32,000 nt of DNA, taken from assembly GCA_002716355.1 (NCBI GenBank), contig PBAU01000013.1, positions 17,508 to 49,507 of the forward strand. Direction: 5' to 3'. The notes beneath the pieces are model-generated. The model did not search any database and was not told the origin of the DNA. It saw only the letters and a program-made list of their open reading frames with translations. The translations under genes and the position numbers were made by a program. The stretch comes from a bacterium (GTDB lineage Bacteria > UBP7 > UBA6624). Positions 31,902-32,000 of the stretch are shown here, piece by piece; position 1 is the stretch's first letter, and each line of letters begins with the position of its first letter.

Positions 31902-32000
31902 GGGGCAAATGCATTTTTCCCCTCTGTATACCCCTGAAATCTAAAAAAAACCTAGAAAAAAGCCCAAAATTGCAAAAAACAGGGGGAAAAGCTTCAGGGA

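Noticed and set aside
1-32000. CRISPR arrays, transposases/IS elements, prophage, toxin-antitoxin or known defence systems
   Set aside because: Scanning both strands and all intergenic gaps, I saw no spaced direct repeats, no terminal inverted repeats, and no ORF with the relevant motifs.

Overview
AT-rich chromosomal segment from a Gram-negative bacterium, judged from LpxC, lipobox lipoproteins and GGAGG-type Shine-Dalgarno sites. I call about 41 protein genes and 4 tRNAs. Most lie on the minus strand and are chained by 1-nt or 4-nt start/stop overlaps. All family calls come from motif recognition by eye; no search was run.

Layout:
- 1-7.9 kb: surface-glycan operon. rmlD, two large lipoproteins, then four glycosyltransferases.
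- 7.9-10.2 kb: housekeeping genes (lpxC, purE, bifunctional nuclease, tRNA-Ser).
- 10.4-13.9 kb: tightly coupled phoD / MazG-like / PqqB-like / SMUG1-type uracil-DNA glycosylase cluster.
- 14-20.4 kb: orphan membrane-anchored protein, wecB-degT-cstA, FmdB zinc ribbon, and FolM-like SDR-folB-folK.
- 20.4-24.7 kb: yqgE, then a minus-strand string of tRNA-Ser, DUF885, DoxX-like, 2Fe-2S ferredoxin, FMN reductase and tRNA-Ser.
- 24.7-31.9 kb: HAD hydrolase, an amidohydrolase pair, an M14 carboxypeptidase pair, tRNA-Pro and a small strongly signalled protein.

I saw no CRISPR array, transposase, integrase, toxin-antitoxin pair or recognisable defence system.

Most noteworthy observations:
1. Two convergent, translationally coupled enzyme plus dead-paralog pairs: an amidohydrolase with an HxH-less partner, and an M14 peptidase with a partner whose zinc ligands are His->Arg.
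2. A candidate noncanonical-pyrimidine sanitation operon pairing SMUG1 with a MazG-like NTPase and an orphan PqqB-like protein.
3. Two lipoproteins embedded in a glycosyltransferase operon, one carrying a degenerate PLD HKD motif.
4. A DoxX / ferredoxin / FMN-reductase module with a Cys-rich tail.
5. A mixed tRNA-mRNA gene string with no room for internal promoters.
6. A GC-rich repeat plus a perfect 16-bp palindrome in the phoD divergent promoter region.
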